DNA of 64,000 nt from an uncultured Gemmatimonadales bacterium (GCA_963850905.1 CAWKMU010000003.1:2656001-2720000); one strand, 5' to 3'. Positions 1-16,944 are shown, numbered from the stretch's first letter. The notes: generated by a model not told the origin, from the sequence alone. Numbers and translations are program-made.

Positions 1-1181
1 GCGTGCGATCCATTGCCCTCGGTGCGTGGGTCCGGGCCGCCTCGCTGCACGAGCGCCGCGAGGCCATGGGCGTCTCGCACCTGCTCGAGCACATGGTGTT
101 CAAGGGAACTGCCAGACGCAGTGCCCGCGACATCGCCCTCGCGCTCGAGGGCCTCGGCGGGTCGCTCGACGCCTACACGGCACGCGAGCACACGGCCTAC
201 CAAGCCCGAGCGTTGGACATGAACCTCCGGGACGCCGCAGACGTATTGGTCGACCTCGTCTACCGGCCCCTGCTGCGGGCGTCTGATCTCAAGCTCGAGC
301 GCCAGGTGGTACTCGAGGAGATCAGCATGGTGCAAGACACGCCGGACGATCTCGTCTTCGAGCTGCACAACGAAGCGCTCTGGGGCCCGCATCCCTACGG
401 CTACTCGATCCTGGGGACTCGGGACAGCGTTTCAAGGTTGGGCGTGTCGGATCTTCGGGCGGTCCACGACGGCGCCTATCACCCCGCGCAGACCGTCGTC
501 GCCGCGGCGGGGAACGTCGACCATGACGTGCTGTTGGATGTGCTCGCTGAAACGGGATGGACCGATCTGCCGCGAGGTCCTGAACCGCCGCCCCGCTGGC
601 CAAGTCCGACGCCGGTCCCCCCGTGCACGCAGCATGTGGCGCGCGACGGGGCACAGACGCACATCGTCTTCGGTTCGTCGGCCGTCTCGCACGGCGACCC
701 GCGGCGGTATACCCTCGCACTCGTGAGCACGGTCCTGGGCGGCGGCATGAGCTCGCGCCTCTTTCAGCGCGTCCGCGAAGAACTCGGGCTCGCGTACGCC
801 GTCTACACGTTCCAGTCGTTTCATGCGGACACTGGGACCCACGGTGTCTACGCCGCCACCGCGCCTGATACGCGCGCAGAAGGCGATCGAGGCGATCCAG
901 CACGAGTTGGCCCGCCTCGCCGCGGACGGGCTCTCGCCAGAGGAAATGCAGTCCGGCAAAAACCAACTCGAAGGGTCAGGTGACGCTCTCCCTGGAGAGC
1001 GTCACCTCTCGCATGTATCGAGCGGCCGGTGTCGAGCTCTACGGCGAGCCGTTCCGCTCGCTGGACGCAGTCCTGGCGGAGATCGACGCGCATCACCGAC
1101 GACGATGTGCGCGCCGCGTGCCGTGAGTTCTTTCCACCCGAGCGACAGACGCTGCTGACGCTGGGTCCTGGCCTTGACTAG
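1..1181 (+). CDS. M16 family (pitrilysin-like) zinc peptidase, 5'-partial, frameshifted
   Basis: HxxEH motif (HLLEHMVFKGT) and GGGMSSRLFQRVREELGLAY. The C-terminus continues in other frames to TAG at 1179-1181. Confidence 0.85.
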
Positions 1182-1222
1182 CCTCCCTCTGACCTCTCAC
1201 CCCGTTACCTGATCATCTTCCC

Positions 1223-2337
1223 ATGAAAATCGGCGTTCCGAAGGAGATCAAAACCAACGAGAATCGCATCGCCCTCGTCCCGGCTGGCGCCGAAGCGCTG
1301 GTCGCCGCGGGGCACTCGGTTCTTGTCGAGCGTGGCGCGGGCGAAGGCAGTGGCTTCGCCGACGAGCTCTACACCCAGGTGGGGGCGCCGATCGCGCCGG
1401 ATGCCGATAGCGTGTGGCGAGACGCCGAGATGATCCTCAAGGTGAAGGAGCCGATCGAGCCCGAATGGCCGCGGATTCGACGGGGTCAGGTGCTGTTTAC
1501 GTACTTCCATTTCGCGGCCAGATGAGCCGCTCACGCGGGCGCATCTCAAGAGCGGCGCCGTCTGCATTGCCTACGAGACCGTCGAGTTACCGTCGCGCGA
1601 GTTGCCGTTGCTGACGCCGATGTCCGAGGTCGCCGGACGCATGGCCGTTCAGGAAGGTGCCAAGTACCTCGAGAAGCTCTATGGCGGCCGCGGCGTGCTG
1701 CTGGGCGGCGTGCCGGGTGTCGTGCCCGCCAAGGTCGTGATCCTCGGCGGCGGCATCGTCGGCATCAACGCCGCTAAGATGGCGGCGGGCATGGGTGCGT
1801 CGGTGGTGGTCCTCGATCTCTCCCTCGAGCGGCTGCGGTACCTCTCCGATGTGATGCCGCCCAACGTCATGCTGATTCACTCCAATCGCCACAACATCCT
1901 CGAGCAGCTACCCACCGCCGACCTCGTTGGTCGGAGCCGTGCTCGTTGCCGGCGCCAAGGCGCCGCGGCTCGTCCGTCGAGACGATCTCAAGCTCATGCG
2001 GCCGGGATCGGTGATCGTCGACGTGGCGATCGATCAGGGCGGCTGCGTAGAGACGATCCACGCCACGACGCACGAGAATCCGACGTACGTCGTGGACGGC
2101 GTCATTCACTACGGCGTTGCAAACATGCCGGGCGGCGTGCCGCGAACGTCGACGCTGGCGCTGACCAACGCGACGTTCCCGTACGCGCTGCAGCTCGCAA
2201 ACAAGGGATGGAAGCGCGCGCTGGCCGATCAACCCGCGTTGCTCCACGGCCTCAACATCGTCGACGGTCACGTGACCTATCCCGGCGTTGCTGAGGCGTT
2301 CGGTATGCCGTACGAGGAGCCGCGGAAATTCATCTGA
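1223..2337 (+). CDS. ald: Alanine dehydrogenase (two frameshifts)
   Basis: [55 protein letters not shown] and [13 protein letters not shown] spread over three consecutive ORFs. Confidence 0.92.
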
Positions 2338-2374
2338 GGGTATCTCGGGAGTGCGGACGTTCCAAACATTTCTC

Positions 2375-2403
2375 TTGATCGTCTTCGGGGGGCGGGCTAG
2401 CTT
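2375..2403 (+). promoter_or_regulatory. Putative sigma70-type promoter of the mreB operon
   Basis: TTGATC-17 bp-TAGCTT; the same -10 hexamer precedes tmRNA and tRNA-fMet. Confidence 0.5.
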
Positions 2404-2538
2404 ACCGCTCGCCCCGCTCGTCGATCACGCGGGAGACGTTCCTTGAGTTTCCAGCCGCTCCGAGAGCCACGCGGCCGCTGTTGGAGCAACGCGTGCGTCG
2501 CCCGCAGGCGCTCGCCGTGAGAATCTATCTTTAATGCG

Positions 2539-3576
2539 TTGGCCTTTCTTTCGAACGGATCGCGCTCGCTGTTTCCGGCAAACGCGATCGCCGTGGATCT
2601 GGGAACGGCGAACACCCTCGTGTACGTGAAAGGCGAGGGGATCGTGCTCAACGAGCCATCGGTCGTCGCGATCGATCGGGAGACCAAGAAGATCAAGGGC
2701 GTCGGCCTCGAGGCGAAGCGGATGCTCGGCCGCACGCCGGACGGCATCCTCGCAGTGCGACCGATGAAGGACGGCGTGATCGCCGACTTCGACGTCACCG
2801 AGAAGATGCTCCGGTACTTCCTGACGCTGATCATCGAGAACCACGTCTTCAAGGTGAAGCCGCGCGTCATCGTGTGCGTGCCGTCGGGCATCACCGAGGT
2901 GGAGAAGCGCGCAGTCCGGGACTCGGCGCTGGGCGCGGGGGCCAAGGAGGTCTTCATGGTCGCCGAGCCGATGGCCGCCGCGATCGGCGTAGGCCTGCCG
3001 GTCGAGACGCCGACCGGCAACATGGTCATCGACATCGGAGGCGGCACGACCGAGATCGCGGTCATCGCGCTGTCCGGTATCGTCAGCGACACCTCGATCC
3101 GAACGGGTGGCGACGAGCTCGACATGGCGATCGTTCAGTTCATGCGCAAGAACTACAACCTCCTCATCGGCGAGCCGACCGCCGAGCTGATCAAGATTCA
3201 GATCGGATCGGCCGCTCCGGTTGGTGAGGAGCGCGAGATGGAGGTCAAAGGCCGCGACCTGGTGTCAGGCATCCCCAAGACCGTGCGCGTCCACTCCGCC
3301 GAGATTCGCGAGGCGATCCAGGAGCCGATCCAGCAGATCGTGGACGCCGTGCGCCGAGCGCTGGAGATCACGCCGCCCGAGCTCGCCAGTGACATCGTCG
3401 ACCGCGGGATCGTCATGACGGGCGGCGGCGCGCTCATTCGCGGGTTGGATCTCCTACTCAGCCAGGAAACGAGCCTGCCCATCCACGTCGACGAGGATCC
3501 TCTCACGTGCGTTGTTCGCGGGACCGGACGGATTCTGGACGACGAGGACAAGTACTGGTCGGTCTTGAGCAGTTGA
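2539..3576 (+). CDS. mreB: Rod shape-determining protein MreB
   Basis: [30 protein letters not shown]. The true start may be ATG 2534 with an indel. Confidence 0.97.
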   Translation: MAFLSNGSRSLFPANAIAVDLGTANTLVYVKGEGIVLNEPSVVAIDRETKKIKGVGLEAKRMLGRTPDGILAVRPMKDGVIADFDVTEKMLRYFLTLIIENHVFKVKPRVIVCVPSGITEVEKRAVRDSALGAGAKEVFMVAEPMAAAIGVGLPVETPTGNMVIDIGGGTTEIAVIALSGIVSDTSIRTGGDELDMAIVQFMRKNYNLLIGEPTAELIKIQIGSAAPVGEEREMEVKGRDLVSGIPKTVRVHSAEIREAIQEPIQQIVDAVRRALEITPPELASDIVDRGIVMTGGGALIRGLDLLLSQETSLPIHVDEDPLTCVVRGTGRILDDEDKYWSVLSS

Positions 3577-3599
3577 GCCCTCGGCGTGTGAGCTGAACC

Positions 3600-4602
3600 G
3601 TGGCGCGTGCCGTCGCCAGCGGGACCCGCGCAGACGTGGCCCTCCTGGCGGTCTCCGGACTTCTATCGTTCGCCGCGCTCGCGCTTCCGGCCAACCTGCG
3701 CGACCCGCTGGCGGCGAGCCTGCGGCGAACCTTCATCGCGCCGCTCATCGCCCTCCAACGCGACGCGGAGCTCGGGCGAACGGCCCTGGTTCGGCACGAC
3801 GTCGAGGCGGCCGCACGCGACAGCGTCGTGCTGCGTTCGCTGCTCGTGCCCGAGCTCGAGGCGGAGAACGACCGGCTTGCGGCGGTCCCTGGGCCTCGGG
3901 CACTCACTCGGCTGGGGGTTCGTCCCCGCCGAAGCGCTGCACAGCCGGGCGCTGGGCGAGGAGTTCACGATCACCCTCACCCGAGGCGCTCGAGTCAGGG
4001 GTGCGGCCATTCAGCCCGGTGGTCGCCCCGGAGGGACTCGTCGGCATGGTCGAAACCGTCGATCCGACCATGAGCTTGGCGATCATCTGGGCACACCCCG
4101 ACTTCCGAGTCAGCGCGATGGCCGCCGACGGCAGCGCGTTCGGCATCGTCAACGCGCACACATGAGTTCCAGCCCCGAGCGATACCTCCTCGAGTTGAAC
4201 GGCGTGCAGCTCAGCGCTGCACTCCCGACCGGCACGCCGATCGTGAGCTCCGGCGTCGGTGGCGTCTACCCGCGGGGGATTCCGATCGGCACGGTGATTG
4301 GAGAGCTCAAGACGACGGAAGGATGGGCGCGCACCTACCTCGTGCAGCCGGCCGTGCACCCCTTCGACGTCACGTCGGTCCTCATTCTCGAGCCGAAGCG
4401 GGTGGTCGCGGGGGTGCAGGCCGTCTGGGCCGGGGCCGATTCCGGGCGCCGGCCCGGGACCCTCGCCATTGATTCGGCGACGCGAGGATCGCACGGAGGG
4501 GTCGTCATCCCGCGTGATACCGTGCTGGATGCGCCCGATGACACCACCGACACGACCGACGCCGGTGCGAACCCGCCCGGGGCGGAGAAGCCCCAGCGAT
4601 GA
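3600..4602 (+). CDS. mreC: Rod shape-determining protein MreC (frameshifted)
   Basis: N-terminal TM, LEAEN coiled coil, SGVGGVYPRGIPIGTV; lies between mreB and mreD. Confidence 0.88.
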
Positions 4603-5087
4603 CTCCCCTCGGCGTCTTACGCGTCGTCATCGCGTTCTTGATTCTCGTGCTGCTGCATTTCTCGTTGCGGCCCCTCCTGGCATGGCACGCCGAGATCGAC
4701 TTCTTGCTCATTGCCGTGTTGCTAGCCGCGGTCCGGGTTCGGCCCGGCGTGGCCGCGATCATGGGGTTTGTCGTCGGCTTACTCGTCGACTCGCTGACTC
4801 CCGGCGCCTTTGGCGCGGGCGCTCTGGCGATGTCGTGCGTCGCTTTCGCGGCGTCGTGGCTCAAGGCCGTGTTCTTTGCCGACAACCTGGCGCTCAACGG
4901 GTTCTTTTTCTTTGCCGGTCGCTGGGCGTACGCGATCATCTACGTGTTGGCCGAGCACCAGCGCAGTGGCGTCGACCTCGCGCAGGAGATCTTTGTGTGG
5001 GCGCCTTTGTCGGGTGCCGTCACGGCTGCGGCGGGCGTTATCCTGCTCGTCATGATGCGTCCGCTGTTGGAGCCAGCCGGAGCATGA
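4599..5087 (+). CDS. mreD: Rod shape-determining protein MreD
   Basis: Hydrophobic 162-aa protein with GFVVGLLVDSL; ATGA overlap with mreC. Confidence 0.85.
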   Translation: MTPLGVLRVVIAFLILVLLHFSLRPLLAWHAEIDFLLIAVLLAAVRVRPGVAAIMGFVVGLLVDSLTPGAFGAGALAMSCVAFAASWLKAVFFADNLALNGFFFFAGRWAYAIIYVLAEHQRSGVDLAQEIFVWAPLSGAVTAAAGVILLVMMRPLLEPAGA

Positions 5088-5092
5088 ACGGT

Positions 5093-5127
5093 CGGGTTCC
5101 GGGTTCCGGGTTCCGGGTTCCGGGAAC
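5093..5127. repeat. Heptamer tandem repeat (CGGGTTC)x4 plus CGGGAAC
   Basis: Read directly between mreD and mrdA. Confidence 0.85.
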
Positions 5128-5164
5128 GGCAACCACCGTCCCGACTCCACCGAATGATTGGCCG

Positions 5165-5187
5165 GTAGGGGCGACGCCTGCGTCGCC
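5165..5187 (+). repeat. GTAG-type REP palindrome (variant)
   Basis: GTAGG-GGCGACGC-CT-GCGTCGCC; related copies at 16.9, 17.05 and 32.8-33.06 kb. Confidence 0.75.
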
Positions 5188-5205
5188 GGCCGGGGCATAA
5201 GGCAG

Positions 5206-6985
5206 ATGAGCTTTCACCCGAACGACGTCGCGAAGCGTGCACAGGTGGCCACGACCGGCCTCTTCGTCGGGTTCTGCCTGCTGCTCGGTGCCTTCTTTCG
5301 AACGCAGGTCCTGCAGAACGCGCAATACGTGCTGCAGAGCGAGACCAACCGTCTGCGCGAAGTACCGCTCCCGGCTCCGCGCGGCATTATTTACGACCGG
5401 GACGGGCGGGTAATCGCCGAGAATGTCCCGGGCTACTCGGTGTCCGTGTTGGCACCGACTGCGGACTCGCTCACGGCGATGCTCCACCGGGTCAGCGAGA
5501 CGATCCCACTCTCCAACGACCAGATCGAGTTGGCGGTCCGTCGATACCGCAGGGCGCCCAATCGCCCGACGGCGGTGCTGGCGGACGCATCATTCGACAT
5601 CGTCTCGGTGTTGGAAGAGCACCGCGTCGAGTTCCCCGGGCTCATCATCCAGTCGGCACCCAAGCGACACTACCCCGACGGCGCTGCGGTGGCATCGTTC
5701 GTCGGCTACACCGGTGAAATCACCGAGAGTGAGCTCGCGTCACGCACCTACCGCGGCTACAAGGCTGGGCAGCAGGTCGGCAAGGGCGGCCTGGAACGCG
5801 AATACGAGGACAGCTTGCGCGGACGGGAAGGGACCCGATTCGTCGAAGTCGACGCGCGCGGCCGTGTGGTTCGCGATGCTGGCGCGCGAGCGGACATCCC
5901 CGCCGTAGCGGCCGATCCGCTCTACACCAGTATCGATCTCGATCTCCAGCGGTTCACCGCGTCGCTGTTCGGGGACTCGCTCCAGGGAGGCGCGATCGCG
6001 CTCGATCCCAACACGGGCGAGGTGCTCGCGCTCCACAGCGCGCCCGCCTACGATCCGAATCGCTTCATCGGTGGCATCCCGGCTGACTACTGGCGGATGC
6101 TGAACACCGACCCGCGGCGTCCCCTGTACAACAAGGTGATCCAGGCGCGATATCCCCCCGGGTCCACCTGGAAGCTCGCGACGGCGACGTATGCGCTCGA
6201 GAATGGCATTGCGACGCTCGACGACCATATGCCGGTCGCCGTGCACGGGGGGCTTCCAGTTCGGCAATCGGTATTTCCATTGCTGGGATCCGCACGGGCA
6301 CGGCGATATCAACCTGGCGCGAGCGATCGAAGTGTCGTGCGACGTCTTCTTCTATCAACTCGGGCTCAAGATCGGGATCGAGCGGCTGGTCGCCGGCGGT
6401 GTGAGCCTGGGCTTCCGAGACCGGACGGGGATCGATCTGCCGAACGAGTCGGCGCCCCTCTTCCCGTATTCGGAAGACTACTACAACAAGCGCTTCGGCC
6501 CGCGCGGCTGGAATCAGTCGGTGGTGCTCAACCTCGCCATCGGCCAGGGAGAGAACGCCCAGACCGTGGCCAGCATGGCGCGCTTCTACACCGCGCTCGC
6601 CACTGATGGCGAGGAGGCGCGGCCGACGATCGCCCGCCGCCCGCAGCCCGCACGGACGCGGATTTTCCAACTGACGGCCGCGCAGATGGCGGGTATTCGT
6701 CGCGCGCTGGTCGGCGTCGTGTCCAGCACGGGTGGCACGGCGCGGGGCGAGCAGGTCCAGGGCCTCGTCATTGCTGGGAAGACGGGCTCCGCGCAGAACC
6801 CCGATGATCCCACCAAGACCCATTCGTGGTTCGTGGGCTTTGCGCCGGCCGATCATCCGAAGATCGTCGTGGCGGTGCTGCTGGAGTTCGGCGGACACGG
6901 CGGCCACGCAGCGCGCCTCGCCGCCGCGATCATCGCGCACTACCTCAAGGTGGCGCCGGCGAGTCTGCCGGCGACCGAGGGCTGA
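5206..6985 (+). CDS. mrdA: Penicillin-binding protein 2 (frameshift near 6240)
   Basis: PAPRGIIYDRDG, YPPGSTWK (SxxK), SCD, GKTGSAQ (KTG). Confidence 0.93.
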
Positions 6986-8236
6986 TGCAGCGCAAAGTCA
7001 TTGCGGACTTCCCGCTCGTCGCCCTGGCGCTCCTGCTCTCGGTCTTCGGCATCCTGATGGTCTATTCCGCGGGGCAGACCGACGTGCCAACGGTCGTCGC
7101 GCGCCTGTGGCGATCGCAGATCATCTGGCTCGGCGATATCGCTCGTCGCCGCGCTGCTCGTCACCCGCGCGTCCGTGCGTTTCCTCGAGTGGGTGGCCTG
7201 GCCGTCGTACCTGGTCACGCTGATCGTGCTGGCATCGCTCTTCGTGCTGGGCAGCGGGGCTGGCGACGCGGCCAGCTCGCGCAGCTGGCTGACGATTGGC
7301 GGGCATCGGATCGGCCAGCCGTCGGAGGTGGCGAAGATCACGGTCGTCCTGATGCTCGCCCGCGTGCTCGCAAGCTCGCGCGAGGCACCCAAGCTCCTGG
7401 TCGAGCTTTGGCAGCCGGTCGCGGTCGTCGGCGGTCCCGATCGTGCTCATTCTTGGAGCGGGGGACCTGGGGAGCTGCATCGTGTTCGTCGGCATTCTGT
7501 TCGCGATGCTGTTTTGGGCCGGCGTGCCGTGCGCTGACCCTGGTGCTGTTGGCGAGTCCCATCGTGAGCCTGTCGGTGCATCCAGCACGTGGGTGTGGGG
7601 CGCATGGTTCTTCCTGCTGGTCGTGCTGGTCTGGCGCTACCGACCCTATCTGTCGAAGGCATCGGCGTCGTCCTCGCCAACGTCTTCATGGGTATCATCG
7701 CGCCGATCATCTGGGACCGCAAGCTCAAGCCGTATCAGCGGCAGCGCCTGCTGGTGTTCCTGGATCCGTCCAGCGACCCGCGAGCGTCGGGCTATCACGT
7801 GATCCAGTCGCAGGTCGCGATCGGCTCGGGCGGGTGGCTTGGGAAGGGCTTCACGATGGGGACTCAGAAGCGCCTCGCGTTCCTGCCCGCACAGCACACG
7901 GATTTCATCTTTTCGGTCGTCGGCGAGGAGCTGGGGTTCATCGGCGTCGCCGTGGCGCTGACGCTGTTTCTCGTCCTGTTCATGCGAGCGATCCGGATCG
8001 CCACTCGCGCCAACGACACGTTCAGCAGTCTGGTGGCGTTCGGGCTGGCCGCGAGCTGGTTCGTGCACGTTGGCGAGAACGTCGGCATGACCCTCAACCT
8101 CATGCCGATCACGGGGATCCCGTTGCCGTTCTTCAGCTACGGGGGCTCCTTCATGCTGGCCAGTTGGGTGGCCGTCGGGATCTTGGTCCGCATCTCGGGA
8201 GAGGGGCGGGGACGGGCGGATACCCTGGCAATCTGA
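6985..8236 (+). CDS. rodA: SEDS peptidoglycan glycosyltransferase RodA (several frameshifts)
   Basis: [59 protein letters not shown]. Confidence 0.93.
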
Positions 8237-8261
8237 GCTTCCGCCGGGCACATTTCGGCGA

Positions 8262-9141
8262 ATGTCCTGGTGGCGGAAGGATAAAAAGCCCCGTCGGCCG
8301 CGTCGCGAGAGCGGTGTCGAGCGGCTGGAAATCCCGGCCGATGTCTGGGAAAAGTGCGAGGCCTGTGGCCACACGGATCTGCGGGAGAAGTTCGTCCGCA
8401 ACCTCAACGTGTGCCCTGCCTGCGACAATCATCGTCGCATTCGCGCCCAGGAGTACGCTCGAGTTGCTGCTCGACGAGGGCAGCGCCAAGGAGGTCGAGG
8501 CGGACCTCCGGTCCACCGACCCGCTCGGCTTCCCCGAGTACACAGCGCGGCTGAAAAAGGCCTCATCGAACGCCGGCGATCGCGATGCCCTGCTCGCCGT
8601 CACCGGCATGCTCGACGACATGCCGATCAGCCTGGGCGTCATGGATTTCGCCTTCATGGGCGGGTCGCTGGGATCGGTCGTCGGGGAAAAGATCACGCGC
8701 CTGGGCCAGCGGTCCCTGGAACGCAAGTACCCGCTCGTGCTCGTCTCAGCGTCTGGCGGCGCCCGGATGCAGGAGGGCGTGCTCTCGCTCATGCAGATGG
8801 CGAAGGCATCGGCCATCCTGTCGCAGCTCGCGCGAGCGGCGCGATTCCCTACGTGTCGATCCTGACCAACCCGACGACGGGTGGGGTGAGCGCCAGCTTC
8901 GCCATGCTGGGCGATGCGATCCTGGCCGAGCCGGGTGCACTCATCGGCTTCGCGGGACCGCGGGTGATCAAGCAGACGATGGGCCAGGACCTGCCCGAGG
9001 GGTTCCAGACCGCCGAATTCCTGTTGGAGCATGGGATGCTCGATGACGTCGTGCACCGCCGGCGAGCTCAAGAAAACGGTCGGGCAGCTGCTGCGGCACA
9101 TGAGCGGCAAGCCGGCGCTGACGGGTTGGACGGCACCCTGA
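8262..9141 (+). CDS. accD: Acetyl-CoA carboxylase carboxyltransferase beta subunit (frameshifted)
   Basis: Zn finger WEKCEAC...[45 protein letters not shown]. Confidence 0.93.
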
Positions 9142-9156
9142 GCGCGCTGCGCGCGC

Positions 9157-9191
9157 TAGAGAGTAGAACCACAGAAAGTAGAAAGTAGACG
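9157..9191 (+). repeat. Dispersed intergenic repeat TAGAGAGTAGA-N4/5-CAGAAAGTAGAAAGTAG
   Basis: Near-identical copies at about 21750-21781 (+) and 21871-21905 (-). Confidence 0.75.
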
Positions 9192-9219
9192 ACTGCGTTT
9201 TGCCTCCGCCTTCATCGAG

Positions 9220-9273
9220 CTATCCACCCCACCCTGTCCATTCCTCCTATCCATCCCACCCTGTCCACTCCCC
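9220..9273. repeat. 27-bp imperfect tandem duplication, C-rich
   Basis: CTATCCACCCCACCCTGTCCATTCCTC followed by CTATCCATCCCACCCTGTCCACTCCCT. Confidence 0.7.
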
Positions 9274-9329
9274 TGCGACGACAGAGCGTCCAGCGCCTTG
9301 GCTGTTGAAGTGGCCACCCTGTGTGACCA

Positions 9330-10691
9330 ATGACCGCACCCATCACCAGCGGTGCCGCACTGCCGTATCGAGCGGCGCTGGACTACTTGTTCGCGCGGAC
9401 GACCGGGAAGTGGAAGCTGGGCCTCGAGCGCATGCACGCCCTCCTCGGCGCGATCGATCGGCCCGAAGCGTCGCTGCAGGCGTTCCACGTCGGCGGCACG
9501 AACGGCAAGGGCAGCGTGTGCGCGACGCTCGAGGCGCTGCTGAGGCGCGCCGGCGTGCGGGTCGGGGTGTATAGCTCTCCGCATCTGGTGGACTTTCGCG
9601 AGCGCATTCGGATCGACGGCACGCCTGTGACCGAGGACGCCGTCGTCGACTGGATCGGACGGCGGCTGCCGATCGTGGAAGCGCTCCACGCGACCTTCTT
9701 CGAGGCGACGACCGCAATGGCGTTCGAGATGTTCGCGCGCGCCGGAGTCGACGTATCGGTCGTGGAGGTGGGGCTCGGCGGGCGCCTCGATGCGACCAAC
9801 GTGCTGGATCCACTCGCGGCGGGTGTCGTGTCGATTGGCATCGACCACGTCGAGTATCTGGGCGACACCCGTGAGCAGATCGCATGGGAGAAAGCGGGGA
9901 TCTTCAAGCGCAACCGCCCGGCCGTCATCGGTGAATCCGACGTCGCGATCCGTGCACTCCTCGCCCGGTACGCGCGCGACGCAGGCGCGAGCCCCATCCG
10001 TGATCGTCTCGGACGAGTACCCGACGACGGATGTCGTGGTTGGCGGCCTCGCGCAGGACGCAGGGCCGGCGTTCAGCCCGCCCGCCGGCCTGGAGAGCGC
10101 CGCGGGCACGTCCTTCACCCTGGCGACTCCGTCGGGACGCGCGCGGCTGCACACGCCCTTGGTCGGTGTACACCAGGCGACCAATGCGGCCGTCGCCGTG
10201 GCCATGCTGGACGCGGCGGGCCCGCCGTTCGCACGCGGGCTCACCGACATCGCGGCCGCGATCGAACAGGTGCAGCTCCCGGGGCGTTTCCAGCGGTACG
10301 GTTCCTACATCTTCGATGTGGCGCACAATCCCGGATGGCGCGGCTGTCCTGGTGGAGACGATGCGCGCGGTACGGCCGCCGACACCGGTCGTCGCACGTG
10401 CTCGCCGTGCTGGTGGACAAGGATTGGCGCGGCATGATGGAGCAACTGGCGCCGGTCGTCTCGTGCTTCGTGCTTACCACGGCGCCGACCGCTCCGGCGA
10501 GTCGGGCGTGGGATCCGCGCGCTGCGCAGTCGTTCGCGGAGTCGCACGGATGGGCAGCCGAGGTCGTGCCTGATTTCGACCGTGCGCTCGAGCGCGCGTC
10601 CGAGCTCGGCGCCACCGTGCTGGTGACGGGCTCATTTCACACCGTCGGTGACGCGATGTCGCGCTTGCAGGCGTCTCCGGCGGCCGGGTAA
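9330..10691 (+). CDS. folC: Folylpolyglutamate/dihydrofolate synthase (compensating frameshifts)
   Basis: HVGGTNGKGS, SSPHLVDFRERI, EVGLGGRLDATN, PGRFQ..DVAHNP, TGSFHTVG. Confidence 0.93.
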   Translation: MTAPITSGAALPYRAALDYLFARTTGKWKLGLERMHALLGAIDRPEASLQAFHVGGTNGKGSVCATLEALLRRAGVRVGVYSSPHLVDFRERIRIDGTPVTEDAVVDWIGRRLPIVEALHATFFEATTAMAFEMFARAGVDVSVVEVGLGGRLDATNVLDPLAAGVVSIGIDHVEYLGDTREQIAWEKAGIFKRNRPAVIGESDVAIRALLARYARDAGASPIRDRLGRVPDDGCRGWRPRAGRRAGVQPARRPGERRGHVLHPGDSVGTRAAAHALGRCTPGDQCGRRRGHAGRGGPAVRTRAHRHRGRDRTGAAPGAFPAVRFLHLRCGAQSRMARLSWWRRCARYGRRHRSSHVLAVLVDKDWRGMMEQLAPVVSCFVLTTAPTAPASRAWDPRAAQSFAESHGWAAEVVPDFDRALERASELGATVLVTGSFHTVGDAMSRLQASPAAG

Positions 10692-10701
10692 GTTCCGCGC
10701 C

Positions 10702-14776
<4,075 letters not shown>

Positions 14777-14777
<1 letters not shown>

Positions 14778-15357
14778 TGCGCGTCGGAGTGATGGCCGAC
14801 AGCCACGACCGGCTCCCGGCTGTCGCGGAGCTCCTGCGGCATGATGGCCGAAGCGGGCGTCGGGCTGGTGCTGCATGCGGGCGACTACTGCTCGCCATTC
14901 GCGCTCGGCCCGTTCCGTGACCTCAACATGGCGCTCGCCGGTGTGTTCGGGAACAACGACGGTGACCGGGAAGGCATCAAGGCGTTCGCGGCGATGGGCG
15001 TCGGCGGCGAGCTGTACGAGTCGCCGCACAGCGTCGAGCTGGACGGGAAGCGCGTGCTCATCGTGCACGAGCTGGGCGAGGCGGGCGACTGGTCGGTCGA
15101 ACACCACGCCGTCGTGGTGCATGGGCACACGCATCGCCAAGAGTTGCGGACGCAAGGTGACGCGCTCATCCTGAATCCCGGGCGAAGCGTGTGGGTGGCT
15201 GCACGGGACGCCGACCGCTGCGATCCTCGATCTGGACACCATGCACACCGAATTTCTCGAGCTGACCGGACCTGAATGGCAGGAGGGCCGCCGGCGGGCG
15301 AGTACGAGCACGCATCCGGAGCGAGGAGCGATCCTGACGTGGCGAGCCGCATTCTGA
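14777..15357 (+). CDS. YfcE/MJ0936-like metallophosphoesterase (frameshifted; end uncertain)
   Basis: ADSHD, HAGD, GNND, HGHTH and NPG motifs. Confidence 0.85.
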
Positions 15358-16899
15358 TTCTCGACTACGGGTCGCAGTGGACGCAGCTCATCGCGCGTCG
15401 TGTGCGCGAGGCCCGCGTGTACTCCGAGATCCATCCACCGACGCGGACGGTCGACTGGGTGCGCGAATGGCAACCGACAGGCATCGTGCTGAGTGGCGGC
15501 CCGAACTCCGTCTACGGTGAGGATGTCCCGACCGCGGATCCCAGCGCTCCTGGACATCGCACCGGTGCTCGGGATCTGCTACGGGATGAACCTGATCGCT
15601 CATCTCCAGGGCGGCGTCGTCACTCTGGGGGAGCGACGCGAGTACGGGCGGGCCGAGCTCGAGATCGATGACCCCGTCGGGCATCTTCGCTGGATTCGCG
15701 CAGGACGAGCGCATCACCGTGTGGATGAGCCACGGCGACCAGGTGCGCACGCTCCCGCCGCACTATCGGCTGATCGGGACGAAGCGCGAACTCACCGATC
15801 GCCGCCTTCCGGCACGAGTCCAAGCCGATCTATGGCGTCCAGTTCCATCCCGAGGTGGCGCATACGCCACGGGGCGCCGGAGATCATCGGCAACTTCCTC
15901 TTCACAGTCTGTGGCGCCGAAGCATCCTGGACGCCGAGTGCGTTCATCGAAACCCACGTGAAGGGCGTTGCGACGCGAGTCGGGAGTGCGCGCGCGATCG
16001 CCGGGTTGTCCGGCGGCGTGGACTCAGCCGTCGCAGCGGCGCTCGTGCACCGGGCGATCGGCGATCGGGTGACGTGCATCTTCGTCGACACCGGGCTGCT
16101 GCGACACGGTGAGCGCGAGCAGGTCGAGCGGACGTTTCGGCGGAACCTCAACATTCCGCTGGTGACGGTCGACGCCGAATCGCGCTTCCTCGATGCGTTG
16201 GCCGGCGTCACCGACCCCGAGGAAAAACGGCGCATCATCGGCCACACCTTCATCGACGTCTTCGAGGACGCCGCGAAGGACGTCGAGCGCGCGAGTGGAC
16301 CTCCGGTCGAGTTTCTGGTCCAGGGCACCCTCTATCCCGATGTCATCGAGTCAGTCTCGCCGCGCGGCGGCCCGTCAGTGACGATCAAGACGCATCACAA
16401 CGTGGGCGGACTCAAGCCAGGGATGCAGTTCAAGCTCATCGAGCCGTTGCGCGAGCTGTTCAAGGACGAGGTGCGCAGCGTCGGCCGCGAGCTCGGTCTC
16501 CCCGAGGAGATGGTTGGACGGCATCCCTTCCCGGGGCCCGGCCTCGCGATCCGAGTATTGGGTGCGGTCTCTCGCCCGGAGCTGCAGCGATTGCGGCGCG
16601 CCGACGCGATCTATCTCGAGGAGATTCGCGAAGCGGGGCTGTACGACGCGATCTGGCAGGCGTTCGCCGTGTTTCTCCCCGTCAAGAGCGTCGGCGTCAT
16701 GGGCGACTACCGGAGCTACGACAACGTCGTAGCGCTTCGCGCCGTGACGAGTACTGACGGGATGACCGCCGACTGGTTCCCGTTCCCACCAGAAGTGCTC
16801 GCCCGGATCTCGACTCGGATCATCAACGAAGTCGCGGGGGTCAATCGGGTGGTGTACGACGTGAGCTCGAAACCGCCGGCGACGATCGAGTGGGAGTGA
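15339..16899 (+). CDS. guaA: GMP synthase (glutamine-hydrolysing), frameshifted
   Basis: [46 protein letters not shown]. Confidence 0.96.
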
Positions 16900-16944
16900 G
16901 GGGAACGAGGGTCAGGGGAACGGCCACGAAATGCGACGCGGCGG

